Below, piece by piece: positions 62,037-64,000 of a stretch of DNA of 64,000 nt. The translations under genes and the position numbers were made by a program. The stretch covers positions 180,916,001 through 180,980,000 of the forward strand of contig NC_091473.1 of NCBI RefSeq assembly GCF_036971445.1, read 5' to 3'. Source of the DNA: Narcine bancroftii. Lineage: Eukaryota. The notes under the pieces were generated by a model. That model was not told where the DNA came from. It made no database searches and saw nothing but the letters and a program-made list of their open reading frames with translations. The stretch's first letter is position 1; each line of letters starts with the position of its first letter.

Positions 62037-62399
62037 ATTAACGAAAGGAGAAGGAAATGAAAAGAATTGACTCAGTGGAATTTCTTGTTTATTTTTATTG
62101 AATGACAACATTGTTTGACTGGTTTAATGTATCCTAGATTTTGTACTTTAAATGGACGGGAGGGGGAGGTAGGGAGAGTGGGATGGGAGGAGGGGGGGGG
62201 GGAGAAAATGGCACTGTATATATTTGAAGAGGAAAAAGTATGTATCATGGTTAATGTGGTTTATAATGTGAAAAATAAAAAAAATTTTTAAAAAATGCAC
62301 TTTTTACAGTTAATCACTAGATGATAACAATCTATTGTGGGCTTGTTCAGTCGTTTTCTGAGTTGCATGTCACTGCAGTTCAAAAAGTCTGTTTGATGT

Positions 62400-64000
62400 G
62401 TTTGCCTTGTTTTTCTTCCATCCATGCATCTGTGTAACAGTATGTTAAAAGCCCCTAATGTAACAGCATTCATCATCACCCCTGGTGAGGCATTCCAGGC
62501 CCACACAACTCTCTGTTTAAAAAAAACCTTACCCCCTAAACATCTCCCCTAAACTTCCCTCTCTTCACTTTGTACATACGTCCTCTGGTGTTTGCTATTC
62601 CTGCCCTGGGAAATAGGCACTGGCCGTCCACCATTTCTATGCCTCTCAGAATCTTGTCAACCTCCATCAAATCTCCTCTTATCTTTCGCTCCAAAGAGAA
62701 AAGTCCAGCTCTTGCCTCATGAGACACGTTCCCCAATCCAGGTAACATTCTGGTGAATCTCCTCTGCCCCCTCTCCACAGCTTCCACATCCTTCTTGTAA
62801 TGAGGTGACCAGAACTGAACACAATACTCTGTGGGCTCACCAGAGGTTTGTAAAGCTGCAAAATGACCCCTCGACTCTTGAACTTAATCCCCCAACTAAT
62901 GAATCCCAGTGTCCCATAGGCCTCCTTAACTATCCTATCAACTTGTGCGGTGACCTTGAAGGACGTTTGGATTTGGACCCCAAGGTCCCCCTATCTTAAG
63001 TAACTGACCATTAACTCTGCACCCAGTCTTCTGGTTTGTCCTTCCAAAATGTATTACCTCGTACTCCATTTGCCACTTTCGTCCAACTCTGCATCCTATC
63101 CATACGCTCTTGTAACCTTTGACAACTTTCAGCACCATCCACGAATCCTCCAACCTTCTCCACCCATCCGTCCACCTCTTCATCCGGTCATTTATAAAAA
63201 TCACAAAGAACAGGGGATCCCAGAACAGATCCCCGCGGAACGCCACTAGTCACCGACCTCCAGGCAGAATCATTTCCTTCCACTACTGCTCTCTGCTTTC
63301 TACATACAAGCCAATTTTTAATCCACATAGCCAAGGTCCTGTGCATCCCATACCTCATGACTTTCTGAACCAGTCTCGCATAGGGAAACTTATCCCCCAC
63401 CCACCTCCAGTTTAAATTCCATAGGGAATATTTTGGAGAACCAAGAAACCAATGCCTTACTAAAATCCACATCGACCACATCCACCACCTGACCCTCATC
63501 AATTTATTTTGTTACCTCCTCAAAAACTCAATTAGACTTGTGAGGCACGACCTTCCCTTCCTAAAGCCCTGCTGACTATCCCTGAGTAGAATGGACTCCT
63601 CCAAATGCTCATAGTTTTCCCCCCACTGACGTCAGACTCACCCGTCTAGAATTCCCAAGATTCTCCCTATTACCTTTTATAAACAAGGCAACTACATTTG
63701 CCGTTCTCCAATCCTCTGGCACCACCCCTGTGGCCAAGGAGGATTCAAAGATTATGGCTACTGCCTCAGCTTTCTCTTCCCTCAGCAGCCTGGGCTACAT
63801 TGTGTCCAGCCCCGGGAACTTATCAATCTTGATGTTTTTAAGAAGATCCAACATTTCCACTCCACACTGTCCAGCACATAGGCCTGTTCTATTTCGACCT
63901 CCCCTGATCAAAGTCCTTTTCTCTTGTGAATCCTGACGCAAGGTGTCCATTTAGGACGTCCCTGACCTCCTCCGCCTCCAGGCACATGTGGCCTCCCGTC
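62400..64000 (-). mobile_element. CR1 LINE, ~1.6-kb degraded 3' part
   Basis: WRSVTSGVPRGSVLGSP, QRRFTRMLPGL, VDVVDVDFSKA-like RT segments. Confidence 0.88.

Larger units (their letters stand above)
56359..62293 (+). mobile_element. L1 retrotransposon copy 3, full-length (~5.9 kb)
   Basis: Perfect 16-bp TSD aatgcactttttacag (56343-56358, 62294-62309); G-run 5' end; ORF1, ~0.5-kb spacer, ORF2, AATAAA and A-rich tail. Confidence 0.97.

Overview
Vertebrate genomic DNA, not prokaryotic. The repeat landscape (CR1, Penelope, Rex1, AT-rich L1, GC-rich minisatellites) suggests a cartilaginous fish, probably a GC-rich microchromosome; this is inference. There are two 200-N assembly gaps. Three host genes lie on the minus strand and were rebuilt by hand with phase-consistent GT-AG exons: a complete 8-exon IGLON5-like gene (15940->7670, 332 aa), USF2 (37619->29669, coding exons 2-3 not found and probably in the gap), and a single-coding-exon FFAR2-like GPCR (50693->49737). 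All three have human homologues on 19q13, but I found no hepcidin gene beside USF2. A possible plus-strand gene end (VSIG10L-like, low confidence) converges on IGLON5. Mobile DNA includes three copies of one L1 family (near full-length, internally deleted, and ORF1-only, each with a target-site duplication, TSD), a deleted class I ERV with two LTRs and a tRNA-Pro primer-binding site, two solo LTRs, a fold-back MITE and many CR1 fragments. The most unusual signals are the L1 5' architecture (E-box, recurrent upstream ORF, antisense splice donor), the ORF1-only L1, and repeated insertions into one short CR1 segment. I cannot show that any of these is an undescribed system; they are hypotheses with stated tests.
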